A stretch of 64,000 bases of DNA, taken from a virus. Location: positions 1-64,000 of the IMG/VR virus record IMGVR_UViG_3300025133_007837. One strand, 5' to 3'. Below the pieces are notes generated by a model. That model was not told the DNA's origin. It searched no databases and saw nothing but the letters and a program-made list of their open reading frames with translations. This document shows positions 9,739 through 18,463 of the stretch, piece by piece. The translations under genes were made by a program, and so were the position numbers. Numbering within the stretch: position 1 is the first letter of the stretch; the number at the start of each line of letters is the position of its first letter.

Positions 9739-10923
9739 TTAAATCTTTTCTGTGATCCAGAAGAAGTCCATTTCCTCCCAAAATTCCGGTACATCGATAA
9801 TGGGGATAGGTGAAGCGACGAAGTTATCAACAGCTACTTTATTAAAATAAGCTGCTTTTCCGGGGTAAACTTTGTCTTTTTCTATTACAAATTTAGTAGT
9901 CCTAAACATTAAATTATCAACGTCTAGTTTGTCGTGATCGCGTACTGCTTTAATAGACTTATCTTGCAGCATTGCTATGTCTTTATTTAAATTTAAAGAT
10001 CTATATTTAAGATTTTTTAAAAATTGACCTTTTAAGTTGGTGTATATGCTATTAGGGATAGAGCTTCTATCCATCTCTCTAGAGAAGTCGGCTGAGTAGC
10101 TGTCGTCTGTAACTAAATATATTACTTGTTGTATTCTCTCTTTGTTCTTGCAAAGTAAATCGATAGATATTGGCTTGCTGGTGACAACGACGCCGGGGTT
10201 GGAGAGTAGTTGCTGCTCCATGACCTCTTCATTAAAATGGTAGTCCATTCTTATGACGTGTCTGTCTTTAGGGGCTGGCTTACTAAACTTTGCGACCGCT
10301 GATGGAACAACTTCTAGAAACTCGCTATTCCATTTGGGTCCTATGAAAACTGTTCTGTTTTTGATTTTAACATCTATACCTAAAAGTCTAAATATAGACA
10401 TTGCTACTTTTTCAGGCTCAATCGTATTTATTGTTTTGGGGTCCTCCTCTAGCATAAAGGAGTATTGCTTGCCGTCTTTGTGAGACTCTATGCCTACGAA
10501 CTCTGAGTTTTTGTTCCAATAGCCTTTCTGGTTTTGCATAGGGCTATGAGAGTATAGAGCGACTATCCTTTTGTCGTAAGCTGAGGCTATGTGTACCGAG
10601 AAAGTATCTGCCCCAAAGTGAAGCAGGGACCTTTTAATAAGGAAGGCGCACTGAGCTATGGTCGTCTTACCTCTTAGGTCTATGCATCCGTCGAACAGGT
10701 TGTCTTTATGTTCTCCTAGTTGGACTATGTTAATACCGAGTTTTCTTAGCGGCTCTTGTATTATAGACAAAACTTCTCTCCATAGATCATAATTTTTGGA
10801 AGGCTTGGAGAAGGGGGAAAAAGTTAAATAATTATCTGCCGGAGCAGGGTAATATTTTTCTCTTATTTGAGGCTTGCCTATTTTAGAGCCAGAGGCTAGA
10901 GCATATTGTTCTACTAAGTGCAT
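9739..10923 (-). CDS. GT9 (heptosyltransferase-like) glycosyltransferase domain protein
   Basis: IVQLG...DLRGKTTIAQCAFLIKRSLLHFGADTFSVHIASAY GT9 signature. Confidence 0.75.
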   Translation of the reverse strand: MHLVEQYALASGSKIGKPQIREKYYPAPADNYLTFSPFSKPSKNYDLWREVLSIIQEPLRKLGINIVQLGEHKDNLFDGCIDLRGKTTIAQCAFLIKRSLLHFGADTFSVHIASAYDKRIVALYSHSPMQNQKGYWNKNSEFVGIESHKDGKQYSFMLEEDPKTINTIEPEKVAMSIFRLLGIDVKIKNRTVFIGPKWNSEFLEVVPSAVAKFSKPAPKDRHVIRMDYHFNEEVMEQQLLSNPGVVVTSKPISIDLLCKNKERIQQVIYLVTDDSYSADFSREMDRSSIPNSIYTNLKGQFLKNLKYRSLNLNKDIAMLQDKSIKAVRDHDKLDVDNLMFRTTKFVIEKDKVYPGKAAYFNKVAVDNFVASPIPIIDVPEFWEEMDFFWITEKI

Positions 10924-12827
10924 AAGTCTAATTCTATTTTATCTTTACCATTATGCTGGAAATTGTAAAGCCTTTGCGTTCCTAGGTGTAAAAGATACGC
11001 GACTTCGAAAAACCCTTCATGCTTACCTTGTCCTTCTAGCCAAAGCAGGCTGTCCATCTTTTTATCAAAAGGTATAACTTTATGGATAAATTCATTGCCT
11101 TCTAAGATTTCAAAATACTGAGGCGCGGTAGCAAAATATATATTATGTTTTGGATATCTCGACTTAATAGATTTTAATACAGATGTGGATAGAAAAACAT
11201 CTCCTATGCTGCCGGGCATAGCAACTAAGATTCTGTTATCTTTTCCTTCTTCATCTAGGAAGTCTTCTATTTTAAATGGAATGTTTTCTTCGTTTTCTTG
11301 TCTGGCGGTTTTTCTAAAAAAGTCTTCTATGTTTTCTCTTGAAATCTTGTTTTCAATCTGCTTCATCCAGTATACGTGGCCTTCATTGTTTTCGTCAACG
11401 TCCATATTTAGGATGTTTTTATACATGTGAATTAACCATTCTGCGTTATCGTTGATTTGAGGCACTTGGTAATCTACATTTCTTGGTTTCCAAGTCAGAG
11501 AATCGAAGTCGTACTCCGCAAAGGGAGCGTTATCTATAAAGTCCTCTAAGAATTTGCCAGTTACTTCTGTGGAAAACTTACTTATAGCCCACTTCCTTGC
11601 TTTTTTCTCGAGTTCCCTTCTTTCTTCTGGGAGCATTCTAAAAACTTTGTCTAGATTTCTGGCGATTGAGTCAGGGCAAGTTGAAGCTTTTTTAAACTGC
11701 GTTCCGTGCTCTCTGTACTCAGACCAGCTCAGGGGCAAGGACCCCGACCCTTTTTCGCAGCTCTCTTCTCCGCAGCTATAGTTCGTGAGAAGGGTTATTA
11801 ATTCGGTGAATTTAGCCTCTTGAACTGGTATTTCTTGCCCTCCGCTTGTAAAAGGGTGACAGTAAACGCTCATTAGGTTGTATATTTCGTTAAGCTGCGC
11901 TTCTTCTACCCCTAGACTAACGTTGCATGTATTTTGAGACTTCTCTTTAGAGCATATTTCGCATGTTTTGCCTTCGCCTTCGTATGGCTTTACATAAAAG
12001 TTTTTGCAGTTTTTGCAAATATGCGTAGTAATTACTTCATCTTTAGGTATGTCGTATTCTTCGCAGAGCCTGTGTATATTCCAGCCTTCTTTCCAAGAAG
12101 TATGTAGCAATAAATAGGTTTTTTTATTAGGCTTGCATGTTTCTTTCCATTTGGCATAACCTTCTATAAGATTAGGAACAGACTTCCTTAATTGATTTCT
12201 AAATACAAAACCAATAACAAAAGCATCTTCTTCTATTTTGAATTTATTTCTTAATTCTTTTCTTTTGCTGTCGTCTAGCCTATAAAACTCTTTATGGTTT
12301 ATTACTCCGTGGACTGTTTTTATATGGTCATGGCCAAGTCTTTTAAACTCTTTTTCTGCGAAGTTGCTCCAAACCCAGTAGTTCTTGACGTCTTTGGCAA
12401 TTTTTACTGCGTTTGGGTATAAAGGTAAAGAGTCTAGTGTCGTCCATAGGGCAGATGTGATTTTATTAAACCAAGGCTTTTTAACCATTGATTCGACTCC
12501 CCATATATCTTGAACAGCCATGAAGACGTCTGGTTTATATTTTTTTACCGTGGCATTAACAAAGTGCCCTCCGTAGTTTACGTCTCTTCCTTGTTGTGGG
12601 TCTTGATTTAGTTTTATTAATGTTTCTTGGTCTCCGGGCATCGTGCCTATCGATTCCCAAGGGGTCCTGTTTAGGGTTTTTTCGCTTTCGTTAGTGCCGC
12701 AACAATAATGGAAAATCTCGTACTTGTCCGTATTGTACAGGTACGAGAGTATTTCTTTAGAGTTTCTACCGAAGCCTGTTTTAGCTACTGCTGCATCACT
12801 CTGGAAGAGGATTCTTTTTTTTCTCAT
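10914..12827 (-). CDS. GT-B (GT4-like) glycosyltransferase with C-terminal GT9-like N-domain
   Basis: KTGFGR, RNQLRKS, GGQEIPVQEA; C-terminal MPGSIGDVFLST. Confidence 0.75.
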   Translation of the reverse strand: MRKKRILFQSDAAVAKTGFGRNSKEILSYLYNTDKYEIFHYCCGTNESEKTLNRTPWESIGTMPGDQETLIKLNQDPQQGRDVNYGGHFVNATVKKYKPDVFMAVQDIWGVESMVKKPWFNKITSALWTTLDSLPLYPNAVKIAKDVKNYWVWSNFAEKEFKRLGHDHIKTVHGVINHKEFYRLDDSKRKELRNKFKIEEDAFVIGFVFRNQLRKSVPNLIEGYAKWKETCKPNKKTYLLLHTSWKEGWNIHRLCEEYDIPKDEVITTHICKNCKNFYVKPYEGEGKTCEICSKEKSQNTCNVSLGVEEAQLNEIYNLMSVYCHPFTSGGQEIPVQEAKFTELITLLTNYSCGEESCEKGSGSLPLSWSEYREHGTQFKKASTCPDSIARNLDKVFRMLPEERRELEKKARKWAISKFSTEVTGKFLEDFIDNAPFAEYDFDSLTWKPRNVDYQVPQINDNAEWLIHMYKNILNMDVDENNEGHVYWMKQIENKISRENIEDFFRKTARQENEENIPFKIEDFLDEEGKDNRILVAMPGSIGDVFLSTSVLKSIKSRYPKHNIYFATAPQYFEILEGNEFIHKVIPFDKKMDSLLWLEGQGKHEGFFEVAYLLHLGTQRLYNFQHNGKDKIELDLCT

Positions 12828-13375
12828 TACCAGACTACATCTTCGTCTGCCTCTTCTTTTTTAGCTTGAGGGGCTGGTGTCGGGTTCTTGGAATAATTAC
12901 CCTTCTTGCTATTACCTACGGCAGCTTGAGCTTCCTCTAGGGAGTTTTGAAATATCGCATGCATCGAAAAGATAAAGTATTGCCTAAGAGCCTCAGCTTC
13001 CCCATATCTAAAGCCCATGGAAAATGTAGCTTTCTTCTCCGAGTCTTCTTTCGAGTCTGCTGTGACCCTAAAGTTGTAACCATGGTTGTCTCCTTGGGAG
13101 TACGGAGAGAAGTTCATCTTAGTGGCTCTGGTCTGGGTGCCGTGATACGCGGACCAGTCCGACTTTGTCTCGATGGCATTAATGATAGCCCCTAGCTCCA
13201 TTACGTTAAGCTTGGTGATACATTTATTTTCTGTATCGAACCTGCCTGTCTTAGAATTTGCGTCCCAGCTTTTTTGCTTGATTAGACTCGCGTAAACAGA
13301 TTTATCTTTCGGGTTTACGGAAAATGAACAAGCTGTTCCAGAGACCTTCGCGTTTGCTTTGTAAAACTGAATCAT
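12827..13375 (-). CDS. Putative Whirly/PC4-fold ssDNA-binding protein
   Basis: FYK...KLNVMELGAII...YH...GYNFRV...GEAEALRQYF duplicated beta-alpha pattern; acidic tail EEADEDVVW. Confidence 0.5.
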   Translation of the reverse strand: MIQFYKANAKVSGTACSFSVNPKDKSVYASLIKQKSWDANSKTGRFDTENKCITKLNVMELGAIINAIETKSDWSAYHGTQTRATKMNFSPYSQGDNHGYNFRVTADSKEDSEKKATFSMGFRYGEAEALRQYFIFSMHAIFQNSLEEAQAAVGNSKKGNYSKNPTPAPQAKKEEADEDVVW

Positions 13376-13424
13376 ACTTTTATTAGTATACCTTGTTCTT
13401 TATTGTTTGTCAACAAAAAAAATA

Positions 13425-13497
13425 AGGGATGCTGTTGCGTTGCCAACGTAAAAAGGATCTTTCCCTTTGGTGTTTTAAAACGCACTCCAGCATCCCT
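13425..13497 (-). ncRNA. Dual-slot hairpin element copy 4 (slots AAACACC / CGTTGGC); outer stem may double as terminator
   Basis: Minus strand: agggatgctggagtgcgtt TTA aaacacc aaaggg-aaaga-tccttt TTA cgttggc aacgcaacagcatccct, then a T-tract. Confidence 0.85.
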
Positions 13498-13521
13498 CAG
13501 AAGCTATCGGTAGCTATTTGT

Positions 13522-13926
13522 CTACTTAACCGTAATGGTTCTATTTTTTTCCTTTTCCCTTTTACTGATTGTGATACTCAGCATACCGTTTTCCATTTTA
13601 GCTTCCAAAGTTTCTGGCTCGGCTTTTGTCGGTACTGAGAAAGCTTTATCGTATTTAACTTCCCTTCCTGCCGACTTGCCGCTGGCCACAATTTTGACCT
13701 TATTGTCAAGAACGGAGACTTCTACTTCGTCTTTGCTTAGGCCTGATAAGGCTACGTAAAATTCATAGCCATCGTCTGTCTCATTAAAATGAGTGTTGCT
13801 GTCTGTCGTCCAACCTTTCCAAGAAGTGGCCCAATCGTCATAGTCTTTCTCAAGACTGTTGTTAACGTAATCAAAAAGATTCTCTACGTTTCTTAATCCC
13901 ATATTTGCTAATGTTAATGTACTCAT
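13522..13926 (-). CDS. Small heat-shock protein Hsp20 (alpha-crystallin domain)
   Basis: ETDDGYEFYVALSGL..., AKMENGMLSITISK; start moved to ATG 13926, downstream of the sigma54 site. Confidence 0.9.
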   Translation of the reverse strand: MSTLTLANMGLRNVENLFDYVNNSLEKDYDDWATSWKGWTTDSNTHFNETDDGYEFYVALSGLSKDEVEVSVLDNKVKIVASGKSAGREVKYDKAFSVPTKAEPETLEAKMENGMLSITISKREKEKNRTITVK

Positions 13927-13937
13927 AATTCTTTTAA

Positions 13938-13953
13938 TGCATTTTCCGTGCCA
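13938..13953 (-). promoter_or_regulatory. Sigma54 (-24/-12) promoter of hsp20
   Basis: TGGCACG-GAAA-ATGCA on the minus strand, 11 nt before the ATG. Confidence 0.7.
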
Positions 13954-13966
13954 AGTCAAAAAGCCT

Positions 13967-14230
13967 TTATTCTGTAGGTTTTAGGTGATACTCCGAATAT
14001 TCTTCCGGGGCAAGTGTGTCGATGTGTCTCTCTAGTGTCGCTAGATTGTCCTCTGCTGTCGCTAGTTTAGAGACATATTTATCCAGTTCGGTGATCAGGC
14101 CGGAGTGCTCTCCGTTGCCTACGCTTTTATAGTATAGAGGGTTTTGATGCGCTTTTAAATAGATCTGTAGAGTAGCTAGGCTCTCCTCGATCTCCGCTTC
14201 GTATTTTTTTCTTAATGCTTTATAGAACAT
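13967..14230 (-). CDS. Conserved small phage coiled-coil protein
   Basis: KYEAEI...TLQIYL...VGNGEHS pattern seen in many large phages. Confidence 0.6.
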   Translation of the reverse strand: MFYKALRKKYEAEIEESLATLQIYLKAHQNPLYYKSVGNGEHSGLITELDKYVSKLATAEDNLATLERHIDTLAPEEYSEYHLKPTE

Positions 14231-14232
14231 AA

Positions 14233-14823
14233 TTAACCTCTCCCTTTATACCATTCAGTAAACTCTTTTGCAAATGGGCGTAAAGTCTCTTCTATTTGCT
14301 TGCTGGTTTGGTTTTCTATGTGTGGCCATTCTATAAAGTAATCAGCTTTAGACCTGAGCTTTGGGTCGTTCCTTTTTTCGTCTTCGTTAGGCGGCTCAAA
14401 GTAATGCCTTTCCATTTCATACAAGCCCTCTGTCTCCCAATACTTTCTGATATGTATTAAAATTCCTTTATTTTTCTTTTTTACCCAACTTACCTCGTCA
14501 TTTTGATAGTCGTCGTATCTTACGTCGGTGATAATTGGAACGCATTTGCAACTGTCCGCTTTTTCTTGGGCTATATCTGTCCAGTAACAGCCGTTGCTCT
14601 GAAACCTTTTCAAGCTTCCATAAAAAACTAAAAGGTCTCGGACTTTATTTTTGGCCTCTAGGGAACATCTGCAAATATCTATTTTGTATTTGTTGATTAT
14701 AAATTCGTGTAGCTCTTGTTTAAGTTGGTCTGCTAAGGCTATCCTTTGGCCTTTAATGTCTTTGAGGATCATCCTGCAAAACAGGTCTTTTCCCGCTCCA
14801 GCTATTCCACTTATCCCAATCAT
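14233..14823 (-). CDS. Deoxynucleoside monophosphate kinase
   Basis: MIGISGIAGAGKD P-loop, ALADQLK, IITDVRY. Confidence 0.8.
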   Translation of the reverse strand: MIGISGIAGAGKDLFCRMILKDIKGQRIALADQLKQELHEFIINKYKIDICRCSLEAKNKVRDLLVFYGSLKRFQSNGCYWTDIAQEKADSCKCVPIITDVRYDDYQNDEVSWVKKKNKGILIHIRKYWETEGLYEMERHYFEPPNEDEKRNDPKLRSKADYFIEWPHIENQTSKQIEETLRPFAKEFTEWYKGRG

Positions 14824-15419
14824 AATTTCGAGTGAATCTGAGACAGGTTTCTTCCCAGCCAGTGCAGGGCGATTAAGCAAAGGCCGATAATCAGCTTAAA
14901 GGGTTTAAACAAAAAATATGTCTTGCGTTTTTGTTCTTCTATTCGGTTCTCTACGAATTCTTTAGCGCGGGCCTGAGCCTCTTCTCTTTCTTCTTTGTTT
15001 ATTTCATTAATTTCTTTTACATCAACTAAAAGAAGTGTCCCTTTGTGAAATAAAGCATCAAAGGAAATCCAATAATCTTTCTCCTCGGTTTCGAATACCC
15101 TGTAAAAACAAACAGACTTCGTTTCTTCTATTTTTTTAATGCCCTGAGGTTTTTCTTCTATAAAGAAGCCTTCCGCTGACTCTGCGCTTTTAACGAAATT
15201 TTTCTCCACTTCATGTAAAAAAAGTTCTCCCGCAGTCGATACGGACCAAGTATCCATTTGTCTGTTGAGGTCAGAGGTTTGAAACTCTAGTTCCGACATA
15301 TCTTGGTCTCTTATTTCTTTTGGAAGCTTGTCTTTGGGAAGATCTGCCTCGAAGAATAAACGGTCAAACATAAAAAGTTCTCCTGAGTGTATGTTCTGGT
15401 GGGGGTTAGTAGGAAACAT
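14820..15419 (-). CDS. Hypothetical phage protein (MFD...FQT family; paralog of 49714-50247)
   Basis: MFD...FQTSDL...YWISFDALFHKG shared pattern; C-terminal hydrophobic segment. Confidence 0.55.
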   Translation of the reverse strand: MFPTNPHQNIHSGELFMFDRLFFEADLPKDKLPKEIRDQDMSELEFQTSDLNRQMDTWSVSTAGELFLHEVEKNFVKSAESAEGFFIEEKPQGIKKIEETKSVCFYRVFETEEKDYWISFDALFHKGTLLLVDVKEINEINKEEREEAQARAKEFVENRIEEQKRKTYFLFKPFKLIIGLCLIALHWLGRNLSQIHSKL

Positions 15420-15616
15420 TACAGAGACCTGATGTTAAACATATTTATTTCTTTAGGTTCGGAGTCTTTATTTCTCCTTACTAAGAAGTTATCTTTATCA
15501 ACTATGTCGACAACTTTGCCAATCCAGCTGTATGAACCGTCAAGAACTCTTACTGTTTTATCAACCATCTTGCGATGGATTTCCAGTACCTTATCTGTGT
15601 TTGTATCGGATGTCAT
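15419..15616 (-). CDS. Small hypothetical protein (Sm/SH3-like beta barrel?)
   Basis: Translationally coupled ORF in operon. Confidence 0.5.
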   Translation of the reverse strand: MTSDTNTDKVLEIHRKMVDKTVRVLDGSYSWIGKVVDIVDKDNFLVRRNKDSEPKEINMFNIRSL

Positions 15617-15918
15617 ATTGTAATGTTTTTGCTTATTTTATTAAATTTGATATTAATATTAGAGTTTTCTTTCTTGTTTATTAACGATGTTTTTAACTTT
15701 GCTATCTTATTGCTCCCAAGGGATGATATTATATCATGAGCCTCTTTTTCCATTAAAGAGCCGAGTTTGTCTTTTGAAGAGGCGCAACACGACCTAGATC
15801 TTGAAACACACAACTCAAGGACCTTCTTCAGCTCCGGTATGTCTAATAATACCAAAGGCTTGGATAAAAGTAAAGAACAAAATTCAGTACAAACATCTAA
15901 GTGTATTATTTTACTCAT
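15613..15918 (-). CDS. Hypothetical protein
   Basis: Overlap-coupled ORF in operon. Confidence 0.5.
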   Translation of the reverse strand: MSKIIHLDVCTEFCSLLLSKPLVLLDIPELKKVLELCVSRSRSCCASSKDKLGSLMEKEAHDIISSLGSNKIAKLKTSLINKKENSNINIKFNKISKNITI

Positions 15919-16291
15919 CTTTTAAAAAAGTTTTAATAAAAGCAAGATACAATACTAGCGACAAAGGGTAGCAAACAAAGCCAAGTAATAGGTTATTAGT
16001 TGTTATAAAGCAACAAAATAATGAAAGCCAAAAAGAAAAACAATACGGGCAACTAAATAATTTGTTGAGAAATGTTGGTTCTTTTATGTATGAGAGCTCA
16101 AAAAGCGTTACCTTACTATCGGGGCATTCAAATAAATGCTCTTCATATTCTTTTAAATAGGTAAATCTTGTTAAGCGAAAAAGTTTTATATATGACGCTA
16201 GCATGTCTGTGTTAAACCATGCTATTAAAATACCGCAAGTAGCTATTGAAGCCGCTAACGTTTTAAGTGCCTGTGCTACCAAAACCTCCAT
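15911..16291 (-). CDS. DUF1360-like membrane protein
   Basis: LFSCPYCFSFW motif plus hydrophobic helices. Confidence 0.6.
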   Translation of the reverse strand: MEVLVAQALKTLAASIATCGILIAWFNTDMLASYIKLFRLTRFTYLKEYEEHLFECPDSKVTLFELSYIKEPTFLNKLFSCPYCFSFWLSLFCCFITTNNLLLGFVCYPLSLVLYLAFIKTFLKDE

Positions 16292-16709
16292 CTGACCTTT
16301 GTGAGTCTTCTAGTTCGTCTAGTTCAACCCAGCCTATAGTATTACACTGTTCGAGTATTAACTGCGCTATTCTGTCTCCTTTTTTATAGAGAAAGTCTTC
16401 GTCAGAAAGGTTTTGTAAGACAACTCCAACTTCACCTCTATAACCTGCGTCAATAACTCCTGCTAACACATCAATGCCTTTTTTTACTGCGAGGCCTGAT
16501 CTTGGGGCGACTCTTCCATAGTAAGACGGAGCAAAGGCATTCTTACTCTCTGGGATGGCTATAGCTATTCCTGTTCCAACTACCTTTCTTCCTGCTGCTG
16601 GTACTACTCCGTCGTTGATTGAATAAAGATCGTAACCAGCGTCTGTGTCTGTTCCTCTAGTCGGTATGACTGCCGACTCCTCTAATTTTTTGATACATAC
16701 GGATATCAT
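16263..16709 (-). CDS. dut: dUTPase (trimeric)
   Basis: AGYDL, APRSGLA, GVIDAGYRGE, RIAQLI, RSDGGFGSTG. Confidence 0.97.
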   Translation of the reverse strand: MISVCIKKLEESAVIPTRGTDTDAGYDLYSINDGVVPAAGRKVVGTGIAIAIPESKNAFAPSYYGRVAPRSGLAVKKGIDVLAGVIDAGYRGEVGVVLQNLSDEDFLYKKGDRIAQLILEQCNTIGWVELDELEDSQRSDGGFGSTGT

Positions 16710-17109
16710 TGTTATGTTGTGTTAAATTAATCCCAAATTCTAAAGCTAGATTGATTGCTCTGTCATCAAGGTTGTAAGCCTTAATGTAGTATATATCTTT
16801 TATTCCGTACGAGGCTACGTTTTTTATGCAATCTCCGCAGGGCATTAGGGTCACGAACATTCTGTCCGCTTCGTGGGGTTTTATGTTTTTTAGGGCGTTC
16901 GTCTCCGCGTGAATAACCCTGTCTCTTCTTTCGTCTCTATCTGACCAGTCTATGTCTATCCCGGGAGGCGCTCCGTTATATCCCAAGGAGGCTATGCTGT
17001 TATCCGGCCTGAAGATGCAGCAACCTACCTGTATGAAAGGGTCTTCGCTTCTTAGGGCCGCTGTTTTAGCGAGTTCTATTCCGTAGTCAATCCAGCTAAG
17101 TCTGTCCAT
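16657..17109 (-). CDS. dCMP deaminase
   Basis: HAETNA, PCGDC, GYNGAP. Confidence 0.92.
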   Translation of the reverse strand: MDRLSWIDYGIELAKTAALRSEDPFIQVGCCIFRPDNSIASLGYNGAPPGIDIDWSDRDERRDRVIHAETNALKNIKPHEADRMFVTLMPCGDCIKNVASYGIKDIYYIKAYNLDDRAINLALEFGINLTQHNNDIRMYQKIRGVGSHTD

Positions 17110-17115
17110 TTGTAA

Positions 17116-17158
17116 ATCTTAAAAAGAACTTGACAAAAAGTCAAGACTATTTTATAAT
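17116..17158. promoter_or_regulatory. Overlapping divergent sigma70 promoters at the strand switch
   Basis: Plus strand TTGACA(17130)-17-TATAAT(17153); minus strand TTGACT-17-TAAGAT. Confidence 0.85.
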
Positions 17159-17164
17159 TAAAAA

Positions 17165-17328
17165 AGTATGATTAAAAGGTTTAAGCGAAAGCAAGTCTGG
17201 TAACCTTAAGAGACCAACAACCCCGAAGGGACTTCTCGAACCTTGGAAGGTGCGCTACACGCGGGTGCAGGCGGCGTTTGAGAGAAGTGAGACCATCTTA
17301 AAAAAGTTCTACCTTTTAAATTCATACT
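17165..17328 (+). ncRNA. Putative rod-shaped ~165-nt ncRNA (6S-like?)
   Basis: 5' AGTATGA-TTAAAAGGT pairs with 3' ACCTTTTAA-ATTCATACT; inner TTAAGA/TCTTAA and ACTTCTC/GAGAAGT stems; begins at the expected TSS of a consensus promoter. Confidence 0.55.
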
Positions 17329-17568
17329 CTTTGTAAATAGATTACAGAAGTCATTAGCTAGACTCTTGAGATAAAGGGCCGAAAAGGGCATTGACCCCTG
17401 CGAATAGAACTAATATGGAAGCGAAAGCGTTCTTTTGTAATTGTTTGTTAATTTTCTTAGTTGGGTGGACTGCGTCCAGAGCAAAAAAACTTCCTCTTTA
17501 CAGTTCAAGAACCAAAAATCACGCCCACTGCGCTGGCGCAGTGCTTATTTAGTATTTTTTTTAAATTT

Positions 17569-18126
17569 ATGAAAAACTTTTATATGGAAATAAAAAAAGT
17601 TCAGGACAAAGACTGCAATGAGTCTCTTAAGAAAGTCATCGCAAGATATTCTCCGGTGTTTATCTCAATGTATTCGAAGTATATGCATCCCATATCTAAT
17701 TGTGGGGCTGACCCTTATGATATATTATCAGATAAAGATTTAATTATTTACGAGTCAGCGAAGAGTTTTGATTTAGGTCAGAAATCTAGCTTTTGTACAT
17801 GGCTGAGCAATAATGTTAAATATAAATGCCTACACATGATAAGTAGAAGCACCAAGAAACAAATGCTAGCCGACAAAGTTAAAAGGAATACAGTTCAATC
17901 ATTAAATGAGCAGCCCTATAAAAACAAAGAACTGAATAGATTTATTCTTAATGAATTAAATAAAATTAGAGACAAGAGAATCAAGAGCGTTTACTCTTTA
18001 AGGTACTTTGCTGGAGAAAAAATGACATGGTCGAGAATAGGAAAAAGACTTGGGTTCAGTTCTCAGACCGCAATTAACCTCCATAAAAGGGGAGCGGAAA
18101 TCCTAAAAAGGAAAATAAATAAATAG
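17569..18126 (+). CDS. Phage sigma70-family (ECF-like) sigma factor
   Basis: Region 2-like SFDLGQKSSFCTWL; region 4 HTH MTWSRIGKRLGFSSQTAINLHKRG; ATG start preferred over TTG 17461. Confidence 0.75.
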   Translation: MKNFYMEIKKVQDKDCNESLKKVIARYSPVFISMYSKYMHPISNCGADPYDILSDKDLIIYESAKSFDLGQKSSFCTWLSNNVKYKCLHMISRSTKKQMLADKVKRNTVQSLNEQPYKNKELNRFILNELNKIRDKRIKSVYSLRYFAGEKMTWSRIGKRLGFSSQTAINLHKRGAEILKRKINK

Positions 18127-18157
18127 CTTGACATTTGATTAAGTAGAGTGTAGACTA

Positions 18158-18463
18158 ATGGAAGTTATGGCAGATAATACAAATAACGAATGGGAAAAGA
18201 GAGAAATCGGAGCTCTCTGGACGAAGACATCTCAAAGCAGCGGCAAGAAGTATTTCTCTGGTCACTTCAAGATCCAAACCGAGTTTGGGGAAGACAAGAA
18301 GATCCCTGTTGTTGCTTTCTTCAACAAGGACAAAAAGTCAGAGAACGCCCCTGACTTCAGGATCTATGTGTCTAGGCCAGCGGAGGGTCAACCAAATCCT
18401 CAAAAAACAGAACAGGAGGAAGTCACCACAACTGATACAGATGACGGTGATACACTTTTGTAA
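18158..18463 (+). CDS. DUF736-like (putative ssDNA-binding) protein
   Basis: IGALW...GKKYFSG...NAPDFRIY; acidic tail. Confidence 0.7.
   Translation: MEVMADNTNNEWEKREIGALWTKTSQSSGKKYFSGHFKIQTEFGEDKKIPVVAFFNKDKKSENAPDFRIYVSRPAEGQPNPQKTEQEEVTTTDTDDGDTLL

Noticed and set aside
17206-17391. 61-aa minus-strand ORF
   Set aside because: It is antisense to the predicted ncRNA and has no recognisable motif or expression signals.
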